A stretch of DNA of 63,565 bases, filler included, from Porpidia crustulata (Eukaryota), in the NCBI GenBank assembly GCA_964255105.1. It is 6 parts of 6 records of this genome, joined end to end, with 100 filler letters (N's around TTAATTAATTAA, not from the genome) between each part and the next. Parts side by side here need not be neighbours in the genome. Positions count along the whole stretch, not along the records: positions 10,631 to 21,155 come from CAXUWE010000762.1; positions 21,256 to 31,769 come from CAXUWE010000763.1; 4 more parts are not named here. The stretch is one strand, 5' to 3'. Position 1 is the first letter of the stretch. The number at the start of each line of letters is the position of its first letter. The notes under the pieces were generated by a model. That model did not search any database. It worked only from the letters and a program-made list of their open reading frames with translations, and was not told the origin of the DNA. Both the position numbers and the translations under genes were made by a program. Positions 12,722-24,802 of the stretch are shown one piece after another.

Positions 12722-14512
12722 TCAGTCCTGCTGTTGCTCCATATGACTCGGTATATTCCATCCTGCATAATCTAAATGCACAAATGCACGGTCAACGTTC
12801 GGCACACTCTCCAGCACATATTGTAGACTCTCGCCTAAATCGTGACTATCCCTTAAGCTCGTGTTCTCATCCAGTACAATGTCTACCTCAACATTGATCT
12901 TATCGCCCGCGTGATAAGCCTGAAGTCCTTGAATCTTCTGGATGGGTTCTGCAAAGCGCATAGTGAGGTAGAGCAGAATATTCCGGTCTGTAGCCGAGGC
13001 GGCCGCGCCAGTCAAATGACGGATATGGGTTGTAGTGGTTCGAGACCAATTAAAGATGACGAAGAGCGACAAAAGAAGGCCACCCAAGGCGTCAAGGAAC
13101 CAGATCTGGGCATAGTAGCCAACGAGTGGAAATATGATGCTAAAAGTGTTAAAGATGACATCCGTCATCGCGTCCTGTGCGAGAGCCTGCACACTTGAAT
13201 TCTTGATCAGGCGGCACCAGAACCAGCATGCTAGTTTGATGATGACTGTGCTGGCCATGATGATTATAGCAGGAGGACTAAGATGCACAATGGTGTGGTC
13301 CTCGCCAGTAAGGCGATTGAAGCACTCCAGAAATACTTGGAAGAACGAGGTTATCATGATCACGGAAAACACGAGGACACCGATTGGCTCCAAGCGTCGG
13401 CGACCAACGGGATAGGCGTATTGGTCTTGGTGGGCGATGAGCTTTGTGGTGGTCCACACGATCGCGGTGCTGAGAAAATCGAGGGCAGCATCCACCAGAG
13501 AGGCAAGGACGGATAGGGAGCTAGTGAGAACAATAACTGCGATTTTTCCCGCAAGGAGGACAGCGTTTGCAACAAGGTTGATATACACGGCAATTATCAC
13601 TACTCGGCTGCCACTCTCAGCCCCGTCGTCTTCAGGGGTATCTACCCTAGTAGCCTTCGATCCATCCTTTCCACCATTTCCCTCCAAAAGTGGTGTATCC
13701 TCGTCGGGTAGCTTGTACAATGCTTTCGGTGTTCTCTTGACTTTGCCCACTGTGCTATGGCCATTTCCTTGTTGCTTATCAGTACTTCCGCCTGAAGTGT
13801 CTGCGTCATCCGAGCGTGGACTTGAAGGTTCCTCCGATATTGTTTGTGGTATGGCTGGTTGATCTGGCTGGTTGTACTCCTGGATCAGACTATGGGGAAG
13901 TGATGAGTCAAGAAGCCGATCGATGTAAGAGTAAGAAGCGACTAGAGCATTGTTGTTTTCATAGTATTGCCGTCTATGAATGGTTTAATTAGTACTTGAT
14001 ATGTATGGACCTAGCTTAAACATACAAAGGCTTTTTCATCTTTTTTAGCTCGTCCTCGTCCTTGTAGTACTGATCCCTAGCCCGCCACATAAGAGTAAGT
14101 TCACTATATCCTCCTATTTTACGATATCCCGGCATAAGACCTACCATTGGTATCTCGGGTTAGAATTGCCAATCAATCTCATGCTCCTCATCTGTGGCGT
14201 GTTCAAAGCCTGCGATCCATTGCTCATCCTCCTATTTCCAAGTCGACTTTCCCGTATGCTAGCGTCTACGTCTCTTTCGAGATCCATTTCCTCCTCGCTC
14301 TCATAGCTGTAGTTACCATGTTTCCTACTAGGTCCGAAGGATCCTGATGCTCGAACATCTTTGAGACTCGCAGAGGACCTGTTTTGGATCAAAGACGGCA
14401 ACACTTGACCGCGCGTAGATACAAGTTCGTCGGAGAGAGGGAGGAATCCTCGAAGGGTACCGATGCGAACAGGTGGGGGACGTCCTGTACCGGAGTCTGC
14501 CATTTTTTGCAA
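12722..14512 (-). CDS. Cation diffusion facilitator (Mn-CDF / metal tolerance protein-like); two 5' introns
   Basis: ASLVDAALDFLS, YPVGRRRLEPIG, ALAQDAMTDV, HDLGESLQYVLESVPNVDRAFVHLDY; N-terminal RSMRLIGNSNPRYQW typical of fungal MTPs. Confidence 0.95.
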
Positions 14513-14871
14513 GATCTTCTATATGAATATCTTGGAGCGAATGATGAACAGAAATTTCCAAGGGGTTCCGTTGCAGTTTGCGATTTCGTATCTTGCGCAC
14601 AAAGGGAGGTACTGCGGGTGTGCGGCTAGTCTCAATGTGACCTAGGTTCTGCATGATCTTTCCAATGCTACGTCATGGGTTATTGAGCTGCATACCGGTG
14701 TTACGAGGTACAACTAGGTAGGCATGGAAATAGAGTATGAGCTGAATTATAATATCACATGATCTGGATGACATATCTAAAATAGCTATTGCAGCATTTC
14801 ACTGCTCTATTTGGCTAAACTTGAGTAGGAGCATGTGATCAAAAGAGCCTTGAGATGGGAAGTTAAGGGCT

Positions 14872-16638
14872 CTATTCTTCAATAAATTCGACGTTGATTG
14901 TGCCATTTTTCAGGCCTGCTTGTTCAATACTTTCGTCGAGGGAGTCTCTTAGATTCTTGCCCATGAATATCAACTCGAATTCGACCCCTTCCTTGCCCTC
15001 TAAGGGACTGGCTTTTAGCCATTCATACATCCTGATAAGCTGATCCGAGACGGCGAACCGTCTGATTACCCGACCGTTCGGATGTCTGAATTGTATCCTC
15101 GTGCTAGCTGTATCAGCCGGAGGTTCTGCGTGCGGCTTCAATGACGAAATCAGGTTGAACCAAGAAGGCGATGTCGAAGATCCATTGACGTGTGGGGCGT
15201 CAACGTCTTCAACCATATCTGCATCGTCCCCAGCGGCTCTTCCCTTTCCCTTTCCTCGATGCATGCCACTTCGAGTCAGATCATCAGGATCATCTTCTCG
15301 CGTTGTGCCGTTACCGGCAAGGCTGTTTTGTAATGCCATTTCAAGCATTTGCTCTTCCGTCATCTTCTCAACCTGGGTCTCTTTCTTAGTCTCGGGTTTC
15401 CGCCTCGCTACTGGATTCTTCGCAGTAGCTTTCAAACTATATCTATCCAGAAATTCGTGTAATTGCATGAGGAAGTCCATAGCCTTTGGCACAGGCGCGC
15501 CTGACCAAACCTTGACTTGTTCGCCAGTCCTTGGGTCCACAATAGCGATGCGAGGATAGGCGTCTTGACTATCATGAGCCTGAAAGTAATACTGGACGTA
15601 TTGGCTACCGCGCGGATCGTCCTTGGTATATTGCATGAAAATAAAGTTCTCTTTAATAGTATCCATAATGCTAGAATTCTTCCAAATATCTCGGTTCAGG
15701 ATTTGACAGTCAAATATTGCCGGATCTTGTATATTGACGAGAATCCATTTTTCGTTATCTTTGCCTTCCTGTCTGGCTTGGTCCCATGGGAGCCGTGACA
15801 TTATCTCAAATGGAGGTCGATACATTTCGGCAAGTAGGTTTTGTTTCGATGATGCTTCTGATGCTCCTGCTGTAGCTCGAGCAAGGCGGTCACGGTGGGT
15901 AATATCATTTCCATCTACACTGTTCCAGATCGAGCCTGCAATACCCTGGTTGAAAATCCCCGGTCTTTCTAACCCAGGCAGTAGTTCAGCAAAAAAGAAG
16001 TCAATCACAGGAGTTCAGTACTTGCCTCGAGGTCTAGGGCGTTGTCTGGCACGCAGCTGATCCATGACTGCTGCATGCATGTCGCCTGGATTGTCCGGAT
16101 CAAATGAGTCTGGGCCAACGAGTGTTTCTGTCGTCCGACCCATAGGTGCTCTTATGCCATCTCCGCCAGGGCCCGCACCTGTCCCGGTAGCGCCGTAAAA
16201 TTCTTCTTGTAATCTCCTAGCTAATGCAGCATCTGCATCAACCTCTGTGCTGCTCTGGTAGGTTGGTGGCGTTGAAGGTGATGGTATTTGCGCGTTTGAA
16301 GCCGACCTTATTGTTGCCTCAATTTGCCTCGAACTTTGACCACTTGGCTCAGCTTCTACATCAGAATCCAGGTCTGAGTCTATATGCACAACGCCTTCCT
16401 CATCTTCGTAAGGTCCTCCATGACCCGGTAGTCGGGTCCGTGATGCTGATGTGTGTGGAGCTTGCGGTGTTGGACCTGATATCGATGGGTTTGGTGCTTC
16501 AAGTTCCGCGCCGTCGTTGGTGTAAAAGAACTCGATGGCTTGTTGGACGTCGCCCTCAGTAAGGCCAAGGTACTGAGTAGCTTTCTCGGGCGTAGTCCCC
16601 GTTATTGAAGTGAAAGTAGCTACTGCCGTATCGTCCAT
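14872..16638 (-). CDS. UBX5: UBA-like/UAS/UBX domain Cdc48 cofactor; one intron near 15969-16021
   Basis: N-terminal UBA-like FTSITGTTPEKATQYL; LAEMYRPPFEIM; KWILVNIQDPAIFDCQILNRDIW (UAS); TRIQFRHPNGRVIRRF..LKNGTINVEF (UBX). Confidence 0.92.
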
Positions 16639-17355
16639 GGCTAAAAAGGATTGTTGAATTCGTAGGTAAGACGGGGCGTGAACGTCGAACAGATAATGAT
16701 AAGAAATGTGAGGTTGTTTGGTTCCTAGTTGGTGGGGTTTGGGTCAGTTTGACAGATGAGAATGTATTATAGTCTTCTAGATTCAGAGCTCGTGGATCTT
16801 GCTTTAAATTTGCAGGCTTCGAAGATGGAGTGAACAGGCCGAGTAAAAGCCCGTACGAATGCCTCGAGCCTAGGATGTAATGTGCGAAGCAGAACCTTGC
16901 AATCAGGATCTATCTGACTATGGTGTTTTATGGAACTGCAATATTCTTGATGGTAAGAATAGGTTTAATCGGTGCTTAGCTGCTCCGAGATAATGATATC
17001 TTCTTCACTCTGTAAGTCATTATGAATGTTTTTCCCACGGTGACCCTAGAAGCTCAGACGTCCAAGTTGGAGATATTTTGTATGCTAATGTTCCTTACTA
17101 CAAGCCAACATTGAAGGGGGGATTATAACATAGCAAAGTATCTAGGTGATAGGTGCTATGTGTCGGTGATGTGAAGTGTTCAACTCCGAATAGCTGCGCA
17201 TGTATTTTGGAAGAGGCCTGCGTCATCGGGTTTGCCTAGCGTGGTATTAGATACGTTGTAACATTTCAAGGGCATGAAGCTCACTTGCGCCTTACTTACC
17301 CCATGTCGATAGCTATGTTGGACTTTGTGTTCCTATCTGGCTGATGAAACTCGTC

Positions 17356-20300
17356 ATGGATAGGTGAGTCGTTCAATAGCTTCGAATCACTGTACTGACC
17401 CTACTAGGCCTTCCCCTAATCTACGGCAGCATGCATTACAGAAGATTGCTGCACTATCAGCAACTTCTTCCCCACGCGTGCCTGGCAAGAAGTCTGACTT
17501 CATGAGAGTTTGCCAATGCTATCCATCCCTCACGAAAAAGACCAACGGCAAAAGCAATGGATTTGTTAGTGGATCTCCAGCCCTATCGAGAACGTCTATG
17601 GTAAGTGGAAGGTAAGGTGACTCCCGCGCCATCAAAGTGCTAATATTCTCTTAGAGTCTTTCTGAGTTGGATGTACTACTTGCGCTTTGTAAAGCGGGAC
17701 CTTTACTCGAAGATCGTGAGACTGCTGAGAGATTACTATCTCAAATATCTCCATATCTCCAGGAGGCGCATGCTCAAGAAATTTCTCCTTCGCCTTCCCT
17801 TCGCTCCATCGATCCATCGCCATGGGAGGGGCTCAGTTACCATCTGACAAGTGCTGTTCTTTTGATAGGCATAAAGTTTCCTCCGCTGCGTGAGTCTGCG
17901 CTGCGCTGTATGACTCAGTACCTTCAGAATTGTTTGCATGCTGTAGATACTCTCTGTGCCAAAAATGGTGGCTCTGATGAGATTCCGAGCGAGATGGATG
18001 TCGAAGAAACTTCTCAAATCGCCATTTTAGCCGTCTCTCTTCTGGGGTTTCTGGAGGCTACATCTCACCATGCCAATTTCTACCACGTTTCTGAGCGGCT
18101 TGACTTGATGATTAAATTACGCCAGATCTTTGTGGAAGAGTTCATGGTCTCTGTCGAAGGCGCTTTCTCTTCGATTCGAACTTCGGAATCAAATTCTAAG
18201 GACCTACTAACCTGGAAATCATACGCTAGACGCTATGCCGCCTCCGGACGACCGATTGGGGCAATGTTGTTACAGCGCGGCTTAACAAGGCTCCTTGTAT
18301 CATGCAGCTCACTACATATCGCTACGCACGAGCAGCTTCAAAGAATGGATATTTTTGATATACTGATGACGCAAAAGCAGCCTGTCCGCTATGAACACCA
18401 CGATAGCCATGCTGAACTACTTGAGGCGCTCTCCGATGCTGCAGCCGAGGAAATGCGCCTTCTTGAAGATGGGTCAGACTATCTCCGGCTTGGCTCAGCT
18501 TGGCAGCAACGGCTAGCTTTTGCTGTCAAAGCGAATACGTTGAATACATTCTTGAACTGCATGGTTGCTGATGAAGAGATTGCTGATGCTGATACTCTTA
18601 AGTCATGGCTTGAAGATACTATAGCCGATCCTGTTCAGATGGCTGACGACACCCTGGCTTGTGCTGTACTCAAGGCCATGGCTGTTGTGGCAAGGTTCTC
18701 ACCAGATATTGCTCCTACACTCAGCCGATCCTTACCTAGATTTATTGTCCAAGGTGGTGTCAAAGGAGAAACGGTCTCGATAGCTGCACGCAGCCTGGCT
18801 AGCGTACTCCAGTTGATGTCACAAGACGCTATAATAACCGGTCTGTATTCGCTTGGAAACGTGCTGAGTGCTGGATCCAGCGCTGATGGATCGATTGGAG
18901 CTGCGGCTCTACCAAATGGCGCTACAAGCAGTCAAAAGAATACGAGTCGTTATAGTCAACATTCCAGCGGTAGCACCATTACATTGGATCTAACAAGTGA
19001 GGAAGAAACTGCAACAGTCTATGGTAACGTAGTACTTGCGATTGTGAGCATCGCGAATAGCTGTAGTGATGAGAAAATCACGGCATTAGCCCTGTCAATG
19101 CTGCTACAGAAATTAGGAAAGGTAAATCTAGCTGTAGATGGACATATTATAACTGAAGCAGCTAAGCTGGCTAAGAGCGGGGGCCCGCTTGAATTCAAGT
19201 CTTTGCTTAAGTTGTACTCCAAGGTTGGCCATGAGGGGATCGTTCATAACAATAATACACTTCTTGAGATGGTAAGCACCTTGAAACAAAGCAGGTGCTT
19301 GAATATCTGACCAATTAAAACAGGTAAGGAAGGCTAGGATCTATTTATCTCAATCGCTGCAACGAGATTCTCCGCTTTTTCAAGTCTATCTTGTCAATTT
19401 GCTAGAATCCATCATCAGCAAAGGGGACGTTCACGAAAGTGATAATACACACCGAGCTGATGTTGAGCTTGCTGCCCGAGAGATTGTCGAGTTACTAGAG
19501 CCTTTGGCTTACCTTGTTTCAAGACCAAGGCATACAAATGACCTTCCTCAAGACGACAGTATTGCTCGTCTACACCGGGAGGCTTGGTTCAATATTGTAG
19601 CGCATGGAATCATCCCAAAATCAAGCATGGGCCAGCAAAACTCCAAGGAATTGCAAAGCATTGCATTGCAGTCGAGGTCACTGGTAGCTGAAGATCATGC
19701 AGATCAACTTGAAAGCGAGATCGAATTGAACACGGTGCTGAGACGAAGCATGAATGGACCTCATACTGCAGAACAGAAAAGAAGTCTAATTTCTTTGCTT
19801 CCGGGATGCGAGTCCAATATTAGATCTTTAAGCTATTCCAAGGTAATTTTTCTTAGTGCCGTGTACTTGGTGGAGACGCATCGTGCAGCTGGAGGTGATT
19901 GTACGCATATTCTTACATACTTTCTTGATCCGAATTTGAACGGCAGTGCAATGGAAAATTGTATGATTAAAATCTTGGACGACGTCATGGGAATATATAT
20001 CAGGAGAACACTGAATGACCGACACCAAGAAAATTCAGCCTCTCTGGTGGCCAAGCAGCTTGCTTCAATGCTGACTGGCTGCTGCCACCGAGTTCCCCGA
20101 GTGCAGCAAATCGCTGCCTCGTCTGCAGATAAAATCATCAGACAGCTGCCATCATCGCTCTGCCAGAAATCGTCCTTGTTTGCGCTTTTGGAACTGCTTA
20201 CAATTTTGTGGATGAGCTGTCTGGAAGCAGAGCTCGACGAGTATGAGTTGAAGTCCAAGTATATCTCTGTTCGTGGTGAGGTCGAAGTGGAGCTCTCCGA

Positions 20301-21155
20301 CAACTATGATTTCAGGCGAAGCACACTGAATGCCTTCTATGCACGGGCCAGGGTTTGGGTAATAGCTGTCGTGGACGTTGCTCCGTTGGATGTCAAAGGT
20401 CTATTACAGGTAAGCCATTGCCGCTGTAGAAGGATACATGAGGCTTACCGCATTATAGACCTACTTATCAGAATACGACGACGATGGCGCTTATGGTCAT
20501 GTTTCCCTTGGCAGAAGCTTTGCGGTGGAGATGGGTTCCGTGATTCCTTCGACGGATCAGAGACTAGGTACGTTGAACTCTACCGAGTATTCAAGCTAGC
20601 ATACTAAGCATGTATAGGGGCGATCGATCAACATAGTGAATGTAGTATCAATACGGCTTCGGACTTCGTTGCCCAATACACTACCCGCCAGGAATATAGA
20701 TATGCCGATGCACTCCCTGATCATGACCAGGAATGGGCAAAGTTCTTGCATATCAGTATGTCACGATTTATCCCACCTACAACTCAGACTGATAGATCCA
20801 GCCGGGAGCGGTATACCAGCCGTGGAGGGCTTCCAAGGGAAGATTGAAGATGAGAAGGCCGTCCTTGCTCATCTACAACGACGAACATTAGACAAAAGGT
20901 ATGTATCAATCGGAGAATTGCGCGATATCTTACGACGGGCAGCTGCTTTACTATGCAGAACGAAGCGGGATCAGTGTGCTATTACACATCATCTGGTGGG
21001 AATCCCTTTCGCAATGTTTACCAAACAGTCTATAAAGCTCGGCGTCTCACTATGGCTGGGGGTCATAAATGAAAATCCACTCATGGAACCGAGGATACTG
21101 TCGGAAATAGCCGAGAGTTGGGAAAAGACAGTCCGTAAGCGCGTGGGTGTTTTTG
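17356..21155 (+). CDS. STT4: Phosphatidylinositol 4-kinase alpha, N-terminal part; truncated by contig end
   Basis: Long helical multi-exon protein with motifs recognised from fungal Stt4: LEDGSDYLRLGSAWQQRLA, LESEIELNTVLRR, APLDVKGLLQTYLSEY, VGIPFAMFTKQSIKLGVSLWLGVINENP. The kinase domain lies beyond the contig. Confidence 0.88.
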
Positions 21156-21255
21156 NNNNNNNNNNNNNNNNNNNNNNNNNNNNNNNNNNNNNNNNNNNNT
21201 TAATTAATTAANNNNNNNNNNNNNNNNNNNNNNNNNNNNNNNNNNNNNNNNNNNN
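21156..21255. other. Artificial contig linker
   Basis: N block with TTAATTAATTAA core. Confidence 0.99.
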
Positions 21256-21533
21256 TTTGAATATACTCAAGCAAGACTGATTCTTCAGCGTTGGTGAGTA
21301 GTTTGTGGCTCCTAGATCGAGCTTCGGTGTAGGAGAGAGCTTCGTCTTTGAAGCGACGTGTAAGAGTTGTACGATGAACATTATACTTTTCAAAAGCAGC
21401 AGTGAAATCAGGAAGTTCCTGTGATCTTAAATCATTAATTGCTTGCTCTATAGCTTCTTCGTTGACCATTTTGGAGCGATTTGAACATAATGGTTGGATT
21501 TTGGTGGGGTGTGCGTTTAGTGTCGGATTACGT
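21256..21533 (-). mobile_element. 5' end of a pogo/Fot1-like (Tc1-mariner superfamily) DNA transposon: TIR plus start of the transposase (ATG at 21469)
   Basis: MVNEEAIEQAINDLRSQE..AAFEKYNVHRTTLTRRF..KLLTNAEESVLLEYI is a psq/CENP-B HTH start. The minus-strand terminus ACGTAATCCGACACTAAACGCACACCCC is flanked by TA (21534-21535). Confidence 0.88.
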
Positions 21534-21542
21534 TATAATTAG

Positions 21543-21567
21543 ATTAGGTTCGATTCCTAATGGCGCT
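21543..21567 (+). other. tRNA T-arm / Pol III B-box relic (possible tRNA-derived SINE head)
   Basis: ATTAGG-TTCGATT-CCTAAT hairpin containing GGTTCGATTCC; the upstream part is cut off by the pogo insertion. Confidence 0.45.
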
Positions 21568-21706
21568 GGTACAATGGTGGAGTGGTTTGCTTTTCTACAC
21601 ACTCCTGAATAATACCCACCGAGCTAGAGGGTCCTAGCCCTAAGGTACCTAAGGTAGGTAAGGTAGCCGATGCATAGGGTAAATCTACGCTAGCTAATTC
21701 AAGTTT

Positions 21707-21740
21707 GGGGGGTCTTGGGGGCTGTGGGGGGTGTGGGGGG
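21707..21740 (+). other. G-quadruplex-forming motif G6-N4-G5-N4-G6-N3-G6
   Basis: GGGGGGtcttGGGGGctgtGGGGGGtgtGGGGGG read directly. Confidence 0.7.
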
Positions 21741-21759
21741 AGTTGATGAGGTAGTGTGG

Positions 21760-22022
21760 CACGCGCCAGGCAAAAAAAGCCGCGCACCCAAAATTTCCCC
21801 ACCAAATTTACTACTGAATTTCAGGAGAACCTAAGAACAAAAGATCATTATCAACATCATAAAACCTCTACATAGGCCAAAACTCAGAGGGCTTTGAGAA
21901 TGAGGGCTGTCATTGACGACGAGGAAAAAATGAAGAGTTGTTAAAACAATAAATCTCCTGAAATTCAGTAGTAAATTTGGTGGGGAAAATTCCGGTGCGC
22001 GGCTTTTTTTGCCTGGCGCGTG
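21760..22022. mobile_element. 263-bp MITE with 69-bp TIRs (CACGCGCCAGGC...) and 5-bp TSD TGTGG
   Basis: TIRs at 21760-21828 and 21954-22022 match at 66/69; TGTGG at 21755-21759 and 22023-22027. Confidence 0.93.
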
Positions 22023-22845
22023 TGTGGTAGAGCATCCGTAGCCTGGAGTGCCTGGCACGACACCACTATTTAACGATACACCACCCTACATTAATCGTAC
22101 ACCCCTCCCTCCCAGCACTTGACCTGTCTTTACGCGTACAACCCCTTATGCTCGGAGAAGATGGAGAACGAAAGCGCGCGGCATGCATAAATTCGAGGCT
22201 TGAGATTATCGAATTTCAGCAGAATCTTCAGATCATCTCGAAGCAGCAAGATTCTATTCAGAAGCAAAGATTGAAGCATGACAGCACTGCTTCATTGAAA
22301 GTGTCGTTCATAGATCTTGATTGTAATAACTCCTTGCAGTGTTCTGCCTTTCCACAGAGTATTATTATTAAATTCAACCCTTCTAGATTCACTCTCTTGT
22401 TGTTCTCGATGATCTCGTTTCTACTTCGCTTATTTTGCTCGCTGTTTGAATCGCTTCGCCTGCCCGAATTCTACGTCTCCTCCATTCCCAGCATTAATAC
22501 GAGTCAAATCCAGGCCCAACGAAGACACTTTGCAAGGCAGTGTGCTATGATGTTGCAACGTTAGATTCCGCTGTGCCAATGAAATGATGATAATGCAGCG
22601 GCGCAGCGCGGAGGCCAATGCTGCCAATCCCGAATTGGACTAATCAGAAAGACGCATCCAAAATTGCCCGAGCGAAGGATCAAATTGGACAGCTATCTAT
22701 AAGGCTGTAGAATGGAAACCCTCCGCCAGTGCTCTCGTGCTACTTTCATGAACCGTCCAGCTGGCGCTTTTTGGTTGCTTTACCACCTCTTAAGGCATCG
22801 TCGGAAGGGTTCTACACTTGACTCCCTTGGCATTGCTTGAACAAG

Positions 22846-24802
22846 ATGTCCTGGTTCTCGCTGGCTTTGATAGCACTGCATCTACAATTTGTTGTTTCAA
22901 TCAATCCGTAATAGATAAAAACCTTACCTCCTGACTCACAATTCTGGCGGAGAGCCTACCATGCCTGTGCGTCTCACAGGAGCAAGAACCTGCCGTGAAA
23001 CAACTGAATAACTCTCTCGAACTGTAGCTGTACTTCTCGGGAATTATATTATCATTCAAGGAGGCGAACAAGACTTAAATCCCTACGACAATGGGACGAT
23101 TTTGTCAGGCCTACGTAAGTGATATACCATACGACACCGACGCTATTATCATTTAGCGCGAAGCGCCCGACATTCAGCTGACACGAGTGGACAATTTAAA
23201 GTGGAAACCACGATCCTAATTGATATGAGCAAATCGTGGACGAACGCGAGCGTACCATATTCCGCTATCGAGTCACACGGGGCGATGCTCAACAACATGC
23301 GACTGTGGCCTGCGAACGACAATCAGACATGTTACTCATTCGGAGGCGCTACGAATTACATCTTTAGCACTTGGTTATCGCCACCGACTGTGATGTATCA
23401 ATTCGTGCTGAACGGCCTGGGAAACGGTTCATGGAGCGACTTTAACTCAGCAAGTTCGGTCTGGAGCAGCCTTACGCGACCTAATATGGCAGCCGGCGCC
23501 ACGTTAGATAATACAGGATATATTATGGGAGGAGTGGAGAGCTCTCATAGCTCGCAAGGCACCATGAATCTCGGAGATGCTTTTGTACTAGTCCCCGGCA
23601 TTGCATCCTATAATATGACCTCGGGGCAATGGTCTAACGATACAGCTCCAGTGAATGTCTCGAACATTTTTCTCGAACCTGTGACAAACTTTGGCGCGGC
23701 GGGATTGCTCATCGGCGCGGGCCACGCCGACTACTCAATCACGGCACCTACCACCATCTCCAACCTAGCAATCTTCGAGCCGATGGGTAAAACTTGGCAC
23801 AACCAACCCACCACCGGCAATGCCCCAAAGATAAGGGATTGGGCCTGTACGATAGGCCTTCCGGGAGAAAATGGCACCTACGAGATGTAAGTATGGACGT
23901 TGAACGTTTTAGCCAGTCCACAAGTATTAACGTAGGCATGTAGATTCCTGTATGCAGGCAGAAGTGCGTTCTTAGGTTCAGGAAACCTAACCAAAGCGCA
24001 AGTTACGGATAACGTCAATCTCGACGAGCTTTGGGTACTCTCATTACCCGCGTTCGTATGGTTTAAGGCAGATTACCCTCCTCAGCAGACGCGGTCAAAT
24101 TATACTTGTAACCTTGTCGGCAACCGACAGATGCTTAGTATTGGAGGAATAGATCCCAATGACGCCAACCTTGGCGTCATCTCTAAAGATCCGATTGCCC
24201 AAGGTCTCCAGGTTTTCGACCTTACCGATATGAAATGGACTTCGACGTACAACGCTGGTGCTGCGCCTTATCAAAGCCCCAAAGTTGTCAAGGACTGGTA
24301 TGATGCAAAGTAAGTTAGATGCAACATTTAGATGGTCTTGTATACGAAGACTTTGGGGGGAAATACTGATGGTCTATAAAGTAGCAGTAGCACTAAATTC
24401 GACGATCCAGCAGTCCAAGGGTTCTTCAAAGCGGCAAAAGCATCCAATGCTTCAACCACATCTTCAACTTCCAACTCCTCCGGATCAAGCTCCGCCGGGT
24501 CGAACTCTTCATCCTCATCTGTGAACAAAGGCGCAGTCGCAGGTGGCGCCATGGGCGGTATCGCGGCGCTCGGCATCATAGTGTCACTCGCTTGGTTTCT
24601 ACTGCGCCGAAAGCACCAAAAATATGAGCAAGCTCAACATCCTCAATCGCCGTGGGGCGATGGCAGCGGCTCCATGCTAGAGGAGCTGGAGGACAAGCAG
24701 AAACGCCTTGAATTGCATGGTCATGAAGCGCCTGAGATGGACGCAAGACCGGTGCACATTGGGCCTGTTGAGTTGGCGAGCGAGAGGAGAAGACCGGCGT
24801 AA
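22846..24802 (+). pseudogene. Kelch/galactose-oxidase-like beta-propeller type I membrane protein; two in-frame stops in exon 1 (22909-22914)
   Basis: Signal peptide MSWFSLALIALHLQFVVS, then FWRRAYHA|SVLLGNYIIIQGGE, IDMSKSWTN, LWVLSLPAFVWFK, TCNLVGNRQMLSIGG, an S/T linker, TM GAVAGGAMGGIAALGIIVSLAWFLLRRK and ELxG/ELAS tail motifs. TAA TAG interrupts exon 1. Confidence 0.72.
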
